Positions 19,249-28,660 are shown, counted from the first letter of the stretch. The stretch is 64,000 bases of DNA from Deltaproteobacteria bacterium (GCA_016219025.1 JACRCM010000163.1:329-64328); one strand, 5' to 3'. Made by a program: numbers and translations. Notes: a model not told the origin generated them from the letters alone.

Positions 19249-20205
19249 TCACTTAGCGTCATTGACGGCTCCAATCGGGATTTTCCCCAAGGGCTGAGCG
19301 CGCCGGTTCAGCAATTGCCGGAGATCGTTATAGAAAAAGTGGTCGATAGTTTGAATATGCCGCGAGAGCAGCTTGTCTTCTCTCATGTTAGGGCGGATAT
19401 CGCAAAAATATACGCCATCGAGAGGGTTCAGCTTGATTGTGTATGCCTTGAACTGTCCGGGCAGGAATGTCGCATTGATGCCATAATCGTCTTCGCGCCC
19501 GGTCTTTTTTCTCTGGACGTCATTCAGAAAAATGGCGATGTGCGGCAGGGCGGTATCCGTGAGCCTGTTGTAAAGGAATTTGTCCATGAATATTTCGTCT
19601 ATCCGGTCTTTGCTGGAGGTCTTGACTGAGCCGATGACCTTTAGATCCCTGTCTTTGCTGATAAGCAGGCCGTGTTGATAGTTCATGTGAAATAAGAGGC
19701 TGCCTTTGTCGTCCTTAATCGGAACCTGCATCGTCCCGGCAACGCAATCTACGCTCAATGATGCGATTAACAGGCGAATCAACCGTTCGAACAGGTCTCC
19801 ATTCACCTTCCTTGGCTGATTCGATTTGCCGGATGGCAGGGCGTCAAGGGTCGCGCCTATAGCCTGCTGGATAGTGTAGATGGCGCGGATGACGACGTCC
19901 CGCATGGTCTCATCCAGCGGTTGCCGATTGCGTAATCGCTTGAGTGTTTTCAGGAATTCTTGCGCGGCATGGGCGAATTCCGGCGCCCCATACATAAGGC
20001 GGGTATTTATGGGGCGGGTAATGTTATAGTCAGCCTCTTTCTTATACTGGAAGAACTGATAGTGGCTTTCGTTCCGCGATACAATGCGCGCATGGAGGCC
20101 CGTTTGCGAGAAGCTGAGATAGCGCGCGCAAGAGTCGATGTAGTCTTTCACGCTCTGAAAACGTCTTTTATCCGCCGCGTGATTTATCAGGTCCGCCAGC
20201 CTCAT
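19249..20205 (-). CDS. Putative type II restriction endonuclease of an uncharacterised family, the R partner of the adjacent methyltransferase.
   Basis: I recognise no motif. GC is reduced (about 50%). The gene overlaps the upstream MTase gene by 4 bp, and has the size and position typical of an R gene. Confidence 0.45.
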   Translation of the reverse strand: MRLADLINHAADKRRFQSVKDYIDSCARYLSFSQTGLHARIVSRNESHYQFFQYKKEADYNITRPINTRLMYGAPEFAHAAQEFLKTLKRLRNRQPLDETMRDVVIRAIYTIQQAIGATLDALPSGKSNQPRKVNGDLFERLIRLLIASLSVDCVAGTMQVPIKDDKGSLLFHMNYQHGLLISKDRDLKVIGSVKTSSKDRIDEIFMDKFLYNRLTDTALPHIAIFLNDVQRKKTGREDDYGINATFLPGQFKAYTIKLNPLDGVYFCDIRPNMREDKLLSRHIQTIDHFFYNDLRQLLNRRAQPLGKIPIGAVNDAK

Positions 20206-21149
20206 CTAATGGATTCCCTTCTCTGCGCGTTTTTTCTGTCAAAGGCTATCCATTCTTCTTTTGTCATGCGGCGGACGCCCTCAAGCCGCTTGATCGCCCG
20301 TTTATTATATTCAGGGTTCAGGTCGCAACCCAGCCAACGGCGGCCAAGCTGTTCGGCGACAACAAGCGTCGTGCCGGAGCCGGAAAACGGGTCCGCAATC
20401 AAATCGCCTTCGCTGGATGACGCCAAAACAAATTTCCTGACCAGTTCTTCCGGTTTTTGCGTCGGGTGGGGGGTCTTTTCGCGCATCCCGTTGCACGTCG
20501 CCGGTATGTCAATTACATCTTTCGGCTTTGCGCCTTTTGGATGTGGCACCCAGTTGCCGCGGGGCTTGGCGGCGTCCTTGCCGTAGGCGCTCGTTTCCGC
20601 TTGAGGGTGCGCCGGGTATTTCAATGTGTGCGCGCCGTAGGGAATGCGCACGTCGTCGATGTTCATCTTAGACGCGCCGGATTTACGAAAGTGTATTATG
20701 CTTTCGTGCGAGCGCCCCCAGTTGTCTCCCAAATTGGCCTTGTTCTTGTAGTGCCATATCAGCCAACGACAATGCTTGAAATATCTGGACGCCGGGTGCT
20801 TCAGGCCGGCAAGGATTTCTGAAAACCCGCAGATGTATAAGGAACCGGTATCTTTCAGAACGCGCGACGCATGGCTGATCCACTGAATCGACCATCTGAT
20901 ATACCCTTCTTGATTTTCAAAGTTGTCCCATTCCGCCTTTTTGATGTTATAGGGCGGGTCGGCGAAGATCATGTCTATGCTTGCGGTCTCAAGCGAGGAC
21001 AGCCAATCGATCGTATCGCCTTGATATAGTCTGCCATGAGGGTGTTCGTATTGCGGATGACGGCTGTTTTTATCAGGCGCAGCGGATGGGTGGTTGCCGC
21101 ATCGGCGCGAGGCTTCCCTTTCAATAACGTCAAAGACAAGTTGTGTCAT
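20202..21149 (-). CDS. Beta-class N6-adenine (or N4-cytosine) DNA methyltransferase.
   Basis: FADPPYN (motif IV) precedes DPFSGSGTT (motif I). Candidate TTGCTT/TATAAT promoter at about 21212-21245. Confidence 0.8.
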   Translation of the reverse strand: MTQLVFDVIEREASRRCGNHPSAAPDKNSRHPQYEHPHGRLYQGDTIDWLSSLETASIDMIFADPPYNIKKAEWDNFENQEGYIRWSIQWISHASRVLKDTGSLYICGFSEILAGLKHPASRYFKHCRWLIWHYKNKANLGDNWGRSHESIIHFRKSGASKMNIDDVRIPYGAHTLKYPAHPQAETSAYGKDAAKPRGNWVPHPKGAKPKDVIDIPATCNGMREKTPHPTQKPEELVRKFVLASSSEGDLIADPFSGSGTTLVVAEQLGRRWLGCDLNPEYNKRAIKRLEGVRRMTKEEWIAFDRKNAQRRESIR

Positions 21150-21211
21150 GTTCTGCCTCTATTCTTTTTATGCGGCTCAATGGGCGCAAAAGACCCGGCG
21201 CCCCGATGTTA

Positions 21212-21245
21212 TGACGAGATTATATCCACGCTTCGCCTCAAAAGC
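21212..21245 (-). promoter_or_regulatory. Sigma70-like promoter candidate for the RM2 operon.
   Basis: Minus strand reads TTGCTT-17nt-TATAAT (GCGTGGATATAATCTCG). Confidence 0.35.
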
Positions 21246-21275
21246 AATTGCGCGATTGGCGGGCGCTTTAGCATT

Positions 21276-22412
21276 CTACCCCTTGCTCAACGCGGCCGCC
21301 GCTCTAAGGAACTCCTCGATCTCCGCGGGCGTGCTGAAGTATCCGGGGCTTACCCTGATGGCGCCGTCAGGGTAGGTGAGCGCCTCTGTGTGCGCCTCGG
21401 GCGCGCAGTGCGCGCCGGTCCTTACCATTATCCCGAACTCCTCGTCGAGGCGTCTTCCCGCTTCCGAGGGCGTTACCCCTTTGATATTGAAGGCGGCGAG
21501 GCAGACCCTTTTAGCGGCCTCAAGAGGGCCTATGACGCTTATGCCCTTGATCGCCGCGAGTCCGTCCATGAGTTCCGAGACGAGCGCCTCTTCATGGGCG
21601 CGTATCTCATCTACGCCCATGCCGAGGATGAATTCGCACCCGGCCCCGAGTCCGCCCACCCCGGGCGTGTTCATGGTGCCGGACTCGAGGCGTTCGGGCA
21701 TCTCGAGGACGTTGTCTATCTCGCCGGTGCCGCCGTGGATTATCGGCGGCAGCTCTATGCCGTTTTTTACGTATATGAATCCGGTGCCCTGCGGGCCGAA
21801 GAGGGATTTATGCCCGGCCCCCGCGAGTATGTCCACGTCCATATCCTCGACGTTTATGGGCACGGCCCCTGCCGTCTGCGCGGCGTCAACCATGAGCGCC
21901 ACACCGGCCCGCTTGCAGACCGCGCCGATTTCGGCTATCGGCTCTATCGCGCCGAATACGTTCGAGGCGTGCGTGACGCAGACCAGCCGGGTTTCTTTTT
22001 TTATGGCCGAGCCGATATCGCGGGGGTTTATTAAACCTGTCCGATCCGGCCGTACCTTGGTTGCGGCCACGCCGAGGGAGGCGAGGTGCGCGAGGGTCTT
22101 TACGACGGAGTTGTGCTCGAAGGAGGTGGTTACGGCGTGGTCTCCGGGACGGAGCATGCCTTTGAGGCCGATGTTTATGGCCTCGGTCGCGTTCTTGGTG
22201 AAGGCCACGCGGGAGGAGTCAGGGCAGCCGATGACCCTTGAGAGCGCCTCTCTCGAACGGAAGATGACGCGGGAGGCCTCGACGGCCATCCTGTGGCTGG
22301 CGCGTCCGGGGTTGCCGGAGACGCGCTTGAGGACGTCCGCCACCCTTTCGTGTACAGCGCCGGGCTTGGGGAACGACGTCGCCGCGTTGTCGAGGTATAT
22401 GGCGGGACTCAT
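21276..22412 (-). CDS. Cysteine desulfurase-like class V aminotransferase (NifS/IscS family).
   Basis: LDNAATSFP N-terminus and the PLP-lysine region AGAGHKSLFGPQGTGFIY. Its ATG shares one nucleotide with the stop of the upstream kinase gene. Confidence 0.75.
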   Translation of the reverse strand: MSPAIYLDNAATSFPKPGAVHERVADVLKRVSGNPGRASHRMAVEASRVIFRSREALSRVIGCPDSSRVAFTKNATEAINIGLKGMLRPGDHAVTTSFEHNSVVKTLAHLASLGVAATKVRPDRTGLINPRDIGSAIKKETRLVCVTHASNVFGAIEPIAEIGAVCKRAGVALMVDAAQTAGAVPINVEDMDVDILAGAGHKSLFGPQGTGFIYVKNGIELPPIIHGGTGEIDNVLEMPERLESGTMNTPGVGGLGAGCEFILGMGVDEIRAHEEALVSELMDGLAAIKGISVIGPLEAAKRVCLAAFNIKGVTPSEAGRRLDEEFGIMVRTGAHCAPEAHTEALTYPDGAIRVSPGYFSTPAEIEEFLRAAAALSKG

Positions 22413-24754
22413 TACGCCTTGCCCGCCACGACGGTCTTTACGACGCGGCTGAACTCCGCCACCCTGTAGGGCTTTGCGATTACGGCGGAGAAGCCGTATT
22501 TGCGGAAATCGGACATTATCGGGTCTTTGGAGTAGCCGCTCGACACTATGGCCTTGACCCCGGGGTCTATTTCGAGGAGCTTGGTTATCGCCTCCTTGCC
22601 GCCCACGCCTCCGGGTATGGACAGGTCCATGATGATGGCGGCATAGGGGTTGCCGGACTCGCTGGCCCGTCTGTAGAGCTCTATGGCCTCGCGTCCGTCA
22701 ACGGCGAATTCAGCGCAGTACCCGAGGAGCTTGAGCATCTCGCCGGACACGTCCCGGACGACCTCCTCGTCGTCCATCACCAGCACGCGTCCAGAGCCGC
22801 GCACCGGGGCCTCCTCGGCCTGCGCCGCTGACGCCTTGCGCGGCGACGCGGGCAGGTAGACGTGGAACCACGCGCCGCTGCCTTCTTTCGATTCCACGCT
22901 TATGTGTCCGTTGTGTTTTTTTATGATGGAATATGATATGGCCAGCCCCAGTCCGCTCGCGCGGTCTTTGGTCGTGAAGAACGGGTCGAAGACCCTGTGG
23001 ATGATCTTTCTGGGGATGCCAGGGCCTGAGTCCTTTACCGTTATCTTGACGTAGTCGCCCTCAGGCATCGGCAGGTGGTCGGAGTCGAGCACGCGCGCGT
23101 TGCGTCCGCTTATCTCTATCGCGCCGCCCGGCTCCGCCGCCATTGCGTGGCGCGCGTTGAGGATGATGTTGTTGAATGCCTGGGCTATCTGCCCTTCGTC
23201 CATTTCCACGTGATGGAGGTCCTTGGGGAGGTCGAACCTGCACTTGACGTTGGAGTCGCGCATGACCAGCCCGGCGCAGTCTTTTATGAGCTGCTCCATG
23301 GGCGCGGCCTCCCGCACCGGCTCTCCGCCGCGCGAGAAGGTGAGAAGCTGGCGCGTCAGGTCTTTTGTCCGCATGGCCGTATTCTCGACGTTGGTCAGCA
23401 GTTTGTATATCTTGTCTCCGGGGGAGACGAGGTTCTTGGCGAGGGAGACGTTGCCGACTATGCCGAGGAGCAGGTTGTTGAAGTCGTGCGCTATGCCGCC
23501 GGCGAGCTCTCCGATGGACTCGAGCTTCTGAGCGCGCAGGAGCTCGTCCTCTATGTGCTTCCTCTCGGTCACGTCCTGAACCGTGCCGACCATCCTTGCG
23601 GGTCTGCCGCCGTCATAGTTTACGACGCCGCGCTCATGCACGATGCGCTCCTCGCCGTCGGGGAGCACGATGCGGTGGTCTATGGAATACGGTTTTTTGC
23701 CGCCTACGGCCTCGTCCACGGCCCGCGTGACGAACGCCCTGTCATCGGGATGCACGGCCTTGAGGAAGGCGTCGTAGGTGACCTCGAACTCCGCAGGTTC
23801 ATAACCGAACATCCGGTAGACCTCGTCCGACCATGTTATGCGGTTCGTGAGGATGTTCCACTCCCAACTCCCCATCTGCGCGATCCTCTGCGCCTCGCGC
23901 AGCAGCTCGGCGGTCGTCTTCAGTTCTTCCTCGTGGCGTCTGCGCTCGGTGACGTCCTCGAACATGGACAGGAGTTCGACCTTGCCGTCCTTGGACGACT
24001 GGAAGACCGAGGTGAGGGAGCCGGGGAATACGCTCCCGTCCTTCCTCCTGGCCAGGACCCTGAAGTCCTTGACCCCGCCGTCGCGCTTGAGCGCGTCGTA
24101 GAGCTTGCGCCTTTCTTCGATGTCGTGATAATGCTCGTACGCGGGCACCGCCGCGAACTCCGCCTTTGATGCATAACCGAAGAGCCTTACGATGGCCGGG
24201 TTCGCCTCCATGCAGTCGCCGTCCTCGTTCGTGACCGCTATGCCGACGGGGTTGTTCTCCATCAGATGGCGGAACTTCTCCTCGGATTGGCGGAGCCTCT
24301 CTTCGGCGCGTTTGGCCTCTGTCACGTCCTGAACCGTGCCTATCATGCGGATGGCGCGGCCGTCCGCGCCGTACCGGATGTCGGCCTTTGAATGGACTAT
24401 GCGCTCCGCTCCGTCCGGCAGGGACACCCTGTAATCTACCTCAGCGAACGGGCCTTTACTCCTGATGACGTCTTCCATAGCGGCTGCGACCCGCGGCCTG
24501 TCGTCCGGGTGCATGGTTTCAAGGAAGGTATCGGCCTGGACTTCTACGCCGCCGGGCTCGTACCCGAAGACCCGGTAGACGCCGTCGGACCAGACGGTCT
24601 TTCCGGCCGCGAGGTCGCGCTCCCATACGCCGATGGCCGCTATCTGGTAGGCGTCGTTGAGACGGCGCAAAGACTCCTCCAGCCCGGCTATCCTGCGTTC
24701 ATGGACGGGTGCCTCGCTCAGGAGTTCTTCTCTGGTCTTCCTGGAATCAGTCAT
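22412..24754 (-). CDS. Hybrid sensor histidine kinase with multiple PAS domains, HisKA, HATPase_c and a C-terminal receiver domain.
   Basis: Three PAS-like blocks (HPDDR..., NPVGIAV..., HPDDRAF...), H-box GIAHDFNNLL, G-box SGPGI...GSGLGLAIS, and a C-terminal REC domain (VLVMDDEEVVRD...). Confidence 0.85.
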   Translation of the reverse strand: MTDSRKTREELLSEAPVHERRIAGLEESLRRLNDAYQIAAIGVWERDLAAGKTVWSDGVYRVFGYEPGGVEVQADTFLETMHPDDRPRVAAAMEDVIRSKGPFAEVDYRVSLPDGAERIVHSKADIRYGADGRAIRMIGTVQDVTEAKRAEERLRQSEEKFRHLMENNPVGIAVTNEDGDCMEANPAIVRLFGYASKAEFAAVPAYEHYHDIEERRKLYDALKRDGGVKDFRVLARRKDGSVFPGSLTSVFQSSKDGKVELLSMFEDVTERRRHEEELKTTAELLREAQRIAQMGSWEWNILTNRITWSDEVYRMFGYEPAEFEVTYDAFLKAVHPDDRAFVTRAVDEAVGGKKPYSIDHRIVLPDGEERIVHERGVVNYDGGRPARMVGTVQDVTERKHIEDELLRAQKLESIGELAGGIAHDFNNLLLGIVGNVSLAKNLVSPGDKIYKLLTNVENTAMRTKDLTRQLLTFSRGGEPVREAAPMEQLIKDCAGLVMRDSNVKCRFDLPKDLHHVEMDEGQIAQAFNNIILNARHAMAAEPGGAIEISGRNARVLDSDHLPMPEGDYVKITVKDSGPGIPRKIIHRVFDPFFTTKDRASGLGLAISYSIIKKHNGHISVESKEGSGAWFHVYLPASPRKASAAQAEEAPVRGSGRVLVMDDEEVVRDVSGEMLKLLGYCAEFAVDGREAIELYRRASESGNPYAAIIMDLSIPGGVGGKEAITKLLEIDPGVKAIVSSGYSKDPIMSDFRKYGFSAVIAKPYRVAEFSRVVKTVVAGKA

Positions 24755-24880
24755 GCAGGTCTCACAATAGAGCTACGACGTGCAAAACAACTTTATCTGT
24801 AAATCGGGCGTGCGGGTGGCGGCGTTGCCGACGGGTGGATGGTTCAGCCGCTTTGAAGAAGACTTTTATTTATCATTCTG

Positions 24881-24910
24881 AAGCAACAGTATAGCATTTT
24901 CCAATGAAAA
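24881..24910 (-). promoter_or_regulatory. AT-rich promoter-like region upstream of the kinase-nifS operon (TATACT -10 candidate).
   Basis: Minus strand reads TTTTCATTGGAAAATGCTATACTG, in a local AT-rich patch. Confidence 0.25.
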
Positions 24911-24923
24911 TCTCACGTTATTT

Positions 24924-26111
24924 CTATCGCCCGGCGTCCTCTCCGGCGAGTGGAGGCGCGTCCCCGTTGCCGATGGCCTTTTTTACCGCAAGCGCGGCCC
25001 TGCGGGCCGCGCCGCCCGGCCCGAGCGCGGCCCGGACTTCTTCAAATCCCCTGACCATCGCGTCTGACCTGCGTCTGTCCGTCAGGATGGAAAATATCTC
25101 GTCCGCGATATTGGCGGGGGTGGCCCGCCATTGCAGAAGTTCAGGCACGATGAGTCTGCCCGCGACTATGTTAGGCAGGCCGACGACCCCCCCGGCAACC
25201 AGGAGCTTGCCGATGACGAAGCTCACCGGCGACATCCTGTAGACGATGACCATGGGCGTGCCGATGATGGCGGCCTCAAGGGTCGCGGTGCCGGAGGTCA
25301 CTGCGGCCGCGTCCGCGGCGCGAAGCGCGGTTGAGGCGGCGTTGCGCACCACGCGCGCGTCCACGGCGCTCTCTTTGAGAAATTCTCCGAGGAAGGAGTC
25401 GTCTATGGAAGAGGCGGCCGGCAGGAGAAAGACGATTTTTTTGCCGGCCCTTTTTTTCACGAGCGAGGCCGCTTCGAGCATCACGCCAAGGATGCGCCTC
25501 ACCTCGCCGGGCCTCGACCCCGGAAGGAGCGCCACGACCGTGGAGTCCGCCTCGATGCCTAGAGACCTTCTCGCCTCGGCCTTTGTAAGGTTTGTATGCG
25601 CGATATCTACGAGCGGATGCCCGACGTATTCGCAATCGACCCCGGCCTTCCTGTATAGCGCCTCTTCAAATGGGAAGACGACCAGCATCTTTTTGACGAG
25701 GCGGGCGATGGTCTTTATGCGGCCCTTGCGCCACGCCCAGACCTGCGGGCTTATGTAGTAGATGACCGGGATGCCGAGCCTGCCGGCCTCGGCGGCGATG
25801 CGGAGGTTGAAGTCCGGAAAATCTATCAGGATTGCGGCGTCGAACCCGCCCCGGGCAAGGCGTTTTTTGAGGCTCTGGTAGGACTTCCATAGGGCAGGGA
25901 GCTTCTCGGCGATCTCTACGATGCCGACGACCGAGACCTCTTTGGAGTCGAGGCCGATAAGGCCGGCCTCGCGCATCCGCGCCCCGCCCATGCCCTCGAA
26001 CCGGACGCCCGGCATGACCTCCTTCAACTCGCGCAACAGCGCCGAGCCGTGCAGGTCGCCGGATTCCTCGCCGCCTATGATAAAGAGATTTTTTTGGGAT
26101 TCTGGGGACAT
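24924..26111 (-). CDS. lpxB: Lipid-A-disaccharide synthase.
   Basis: LFIIGGEESGDLHG N-terminus and the GT19 motifs. 395 aa. Confidence 0.85.
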   Translation of the reverse strand: MSPESQKNLFIIGGEESGDLHGSALLRELKEVMPGVRFEGMGGARMREAGLIGLDSKEVSVVGIVEIAEKLPALWKSYQSLKKRLARGGFDAAILIDFPDFNLRIAAEAGRLGIPVIYYISPQVWAWRKGRIKTIARLVKKMLVVFPFEEALYRKAGVDCEYVGHPLVDIAHTNLTKAEARRSLGIEADSTVVALLPGSRPGEVRRILGVMLEAASLVKKRAGKKIVFLLPAASSIDDSFLGEFLKESAVDARVVRNAASTALRAADAAAVTSGTATLEAAIIGTPMVIVYRMSPVSFVIGKLLVAGGVVGLPNIVAGRLIVPELLQWRATPANIADEIFSILTDRRRSDAMVRGFEEVRAALGPGGAARRAALAVKKAIGNGDAPPLAGEDAGR

Positions 26112-26144
26112 TTTTTGAGCCTGTCCGGGGGGCAGGTCAAGCCG

Positions 26145-27116
26145 TCAACGGGCCGCGCCTCTTCGCCGTCCGCGCTCAACCGCGTTTTCGGCTATCGACC
26201 TTTGAATGGCCTCGGCCACGCTTAATGCGGCAAGGGCGTCCTCGCCCGTAACGAAGGGCGGCCTCCTTGTGGCGGAGGCGAGGAGGAATGCGCGAATCTC
26301 CTCTAAGAGCGCGTCCCGTTTCTCCAACGGTATCTCTTCCTCCACGGCCCCTTGCGGCCCGGACGCCGGGGCCGGCCTCGTTACCGAGAGGCGCTGGTTC
26401 ATGCAGTCCGCCGTCAGGTACTGGCCGGGCTGGAAGAGGATTATCTTGCGCAGCCGCTCGTGCGATATGCGGGAAGCGGTTATGTCCGCCTTGCAGCCGC
26501 TGGCGAAGGCGAGCCTTGCCGAGGCGAAGTCAGTCTTGCCGGATACGAGGGACGCCCCCGCGGCGTCCACGGAAGCGACCTCGGAGCGCGCGATGGATAG
26601 GACGATGTCGATGTCGTGTATCATGAGGTCGAGCACCACGTCCACGTCGGTTGACCTGTTCGGATAAGGCGTTATCCGTTGGGCGCGCATGTAGGATACG
26701 TCCTTTGTCCGTTCCGCGAGCGCCGCTACCGCCGCGTTGAACCGTTCGATGTGTCCGACCTGCAATATGGCCTTGTTCATGGCGGCCTCGCGCACGAGCG
26801 AGGACGCCTGGTCTACGGCGTTGGCGATCGGTTTTTCTATGAGGCAGTCCACGCCCCTGGATAGGAACTTCATTCCGGTCTCGAAGTGGCCGGCCGTTGG
26901 CGTGGCGATGGAGACCGCGTCCACCTTGCCGAAGAGTTCCTCGCAAGAGCCGAAGGCAGCGGTATTGCACTTTTCCGCGATCTCAGAGGCCCGCCTGGGG
27001 TCGGCGTCGACCACGCCGACGAGTTCGGCCTCGCCGAGCATGGCGTATTTCTGCGCGTGGAGGGAGCCTAAGTAGCCGACCCCTATCACCGCGCATCTAA
27101 TCCTCGTTTTCCGCAT
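26145..27116 (-). CDS. Gfo/Idh/MocA-family NAD-dependent oxidoreductase; a candidate UDP-GlcNAc 3-dehydrogenase (GnnA-like), given its position between lpxA and lpxB.
   Basis: Rossmann N-terminus RCAVIGVGYLGSLHAQKY with the Gfo/Idh/MocA C-terminal domain. The GnnA assignment rests on locus context only. Confidence 0.55.
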   Translation of the reverse strand: MRKTRIRCAVIGVGYLGSLHAQKYAMLGEAELVGVVDADPRRASEIAEKCNTAAFGSCEELFGKVDAVSIATPTAGHFETGMKFLSRGVDCLIEKPIANAVDQASSLVREAAMNKAILQVGHIERFNAAVAALAERTKDVSYMRAQRITPYPNRSTDVDVVLDLMIHDIDIVLSIARSEVASVDAAGASLVSGKTDFASARLAFASGCKADITASRISHERLRKIILFQPGQYLTADCMNQRLSVTRPAPASGPQGAVEEEIPLEKRDALLEEIRAFLLASATRRPPFVTGEDALAALSVAEAIQRSIAENAVERGRRRGAAR

Positions 27117-27118
27117 CG

Positions 27119-27300
27119 TTTTTTTTGTAATAGGTTATCAGACGTAGATACCGTTTCGTCTGTCAATCAGATATCCCCTCCCCCCGCTTCTGGGGGGAGG
27201 AGATATGCAAAGTAGCTTTATGGGTGGGGGGGCCGTGCCCGTCATCATGGTGCCGCCTATGACAAAACTGCAAGACTGCAAAACTCGCCCGGCGCGTTTT
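27119..27300. mobile_element. 182-bp non-autonomous insertion element (MITE-like) flanked by a perfect 21-bp direct duplication (27098-27118 and 27301-27321).
   Basis: TAATCCTCGTTTTCCGCATCG occurs twice. One copy carries the lpxA stop (..GDAENED*). The other carries the oxidoreductase start (MRKTRI). The insert contains a 15-bp GC hairpin (ATATCCCCTCCCCCC gcttct GGGGGGAGGAGATAT), a family-3 repeat fragment and a family-2 fragment, and has T-rich ends. Confidence 0.6.
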
Positions 27301-28143
27301 TTAATCCTCGTTTTCCGCATCGCCTTTTCTCTTCGTCCTCTCTCTGGCAAGCCCTCTTTTAGAGCCTTTGATGAACTCAGCGAACCGCCGCGCATGGATG
27401 GAGTCCGGCAGTTCCCTTGAGAGCGTCACGGCGGCCTCGGCAAGGGTGAGCGAAGACCTGAAGATGATGTTGTACGACCTCTTTATCTCGTCGAGCGCGT
27501 CCTTTGAAAAGCCCTGTCTCCTGAGTCCCACGCTGTTGAGGCCGTAGAGCTTGGCCCTGTTGCCCACGGCCATGACGTATGGGGGTATGTCCTTGCTGAC
27601 GGCGGAGGCGCCGCCGATTATGCAGTATGCGCCGATCCTCACGTGCTGGTGTATGGCCACGAGGCCGCCGACGATGGCGTTGGAGTCGATGGAGACGTGG
27701 CCCGCGAGCGTGGCCGAGTTAGCCATGATGATGTCGTCGCCGAGCGTGCAGTCGTGCGCCACGTGGACGTAGTTCATAAGGAGGCTGCCGTTGCCGATTA
27801 CCGTTTTCTTATGCTGCTTGGTGGTGGCGCGGTGGACGGTGACGAACTCACGGAAGACATTGCCGTCGCCGATGACGACCTCGGTCTTTTCTCCCTTGTA
27901 CCCGAGGTCCTGCGGGGCCGCGCCGATGGAGACGAACTGGAAGACGTGGTTGCGCTCGCCTATGGTGGTCCATTTTTCAATCACGCAGTGCGAGCCTATC
28001 CGCGTCTCTTTGCCTATGCGCACGTCCTCGCCTATGACCGAGTACGGCCCTATCTCCACGCCGTCGGCGAGCTGAGCCGTCGGATGCACTATAGCCGCCG
28101 GGTCTATCAGGACGTTTCGCGTCTTTTTTCTTTGCACGGTCAC
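27301..28143 (-). CDS. lpxA: Acyl-ACP--UDP-N-acetylglucosamine O-acyltransferase.
   Basis: Hexapeptide-repeat left-handed beta-helix with LIDPAAIVHPTAQL N-terminus. 280 aa. Confidence 0.85.
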   Translation of the reverse strand: MTVQRKKTRNVLIDPAAIVHPTAQLADGVEIGPYSVIGEDVRIGKETRIGSHCVIEKWTTIGERNHVFQFVSIGAAPQDLGYKGEKTEVVIGDGNVFREFVTVHRATTKQHKKTVIGNGSLLMNYVHVAHDCTLGDDIIMANSATLAGHVSIDSNAIVGGLVAIHQHVRIGAYCIIGGASAVSKDIPPYVMAVGNRAKLYGLNSVGLRRQGFSKDALDEIKRSYNIIFRSSLTLAEAAVTLSRELPDSIHARRFAEFIKGSKRGLARERTKRKGDAENED

Positions 28144-28190
28144 AGGGTTACCTTCCCATAGGAATTTTCAGGCATGATGGAGCCTTTCGT

Positions 28191-28619
28191 CTACTTGGCC
28201 ACTATGGTCGCCAGGAGTTCGGCCTCGGCCGCGAGCGCGCCGGCCACGCGCGCCTCGCCCTTGAAACCCCAGATGGTCCCGCGGGACTTCGTCACCGTGA
28301 GCGTAAGTTCCAGCGCGTCCCCGGGGAATACGGGTTTCCTGAACCGCGCCTTGTCTATCCCCATGAAGTAGACGACCCTGTTGGAGACGTCCGCGCTCTT
28401 GAAGGCCAGCACCCCGCCCACCTGCGCCATCGCCTCCACTATCAGCACCCCCGGCATTATCGGATGCCCGGGAAAGTGCCCCTGGAAGAACGGCTCGTTG
28501 ATGGTGACGTTTTTCAGGCCCTTGGCCGACTTGTTCGCCTCGAACTCGACTATCCTGTCTATAAGGAGAAACGGATACCGGTGCGGGAGTATGCTTTGTA
28601 TCTCCTTGATATCTATCAT
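28191..28619 (-). CDS. fabZ: 3-hydroxyacyl-ACP dehydratase.
   Basis: [13 protein letters not shown] and [16 protein letters not shown] are the FabZ hot-dog motifs. Confidence 0.9.
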   Translation of the reverse strand: MIDIKEIQSILPHRYPFLLIDRIVEFEANKSAKGLKNVTINEPFFQGHFPGHPIMPGVLIVEAMAQVGGVLAFKSADVSNRVVYFMGIDKARFRKPVFPGDALELTLTVTKSRGTIWGFKGEARVAGALAAEAELLATIVAK

Positions 28620-28660
28620 GCTGCCTCCTTTGTTCGGTTAGGGATGGAGATCACGGCCTT

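Noticed and set aside
21036-22034. Long plus-strand ORFs antisense to real genes. Examples: 21036..22034 (332 aa), 23075..24169 (364 aa), 53768..54997 (409 aa), 36596..37864 (422 aa), and many Arg/Pro/Gly-rich minus-strand ORFs such as 637..1050 and 5048..5812.
   Set aside because: They lie entirely within and opposite well-supported conserved genes and have a low-complexity Arg/Gly/Pro composition typical of high-GC frame artefacts. None shows a recognisable motif.
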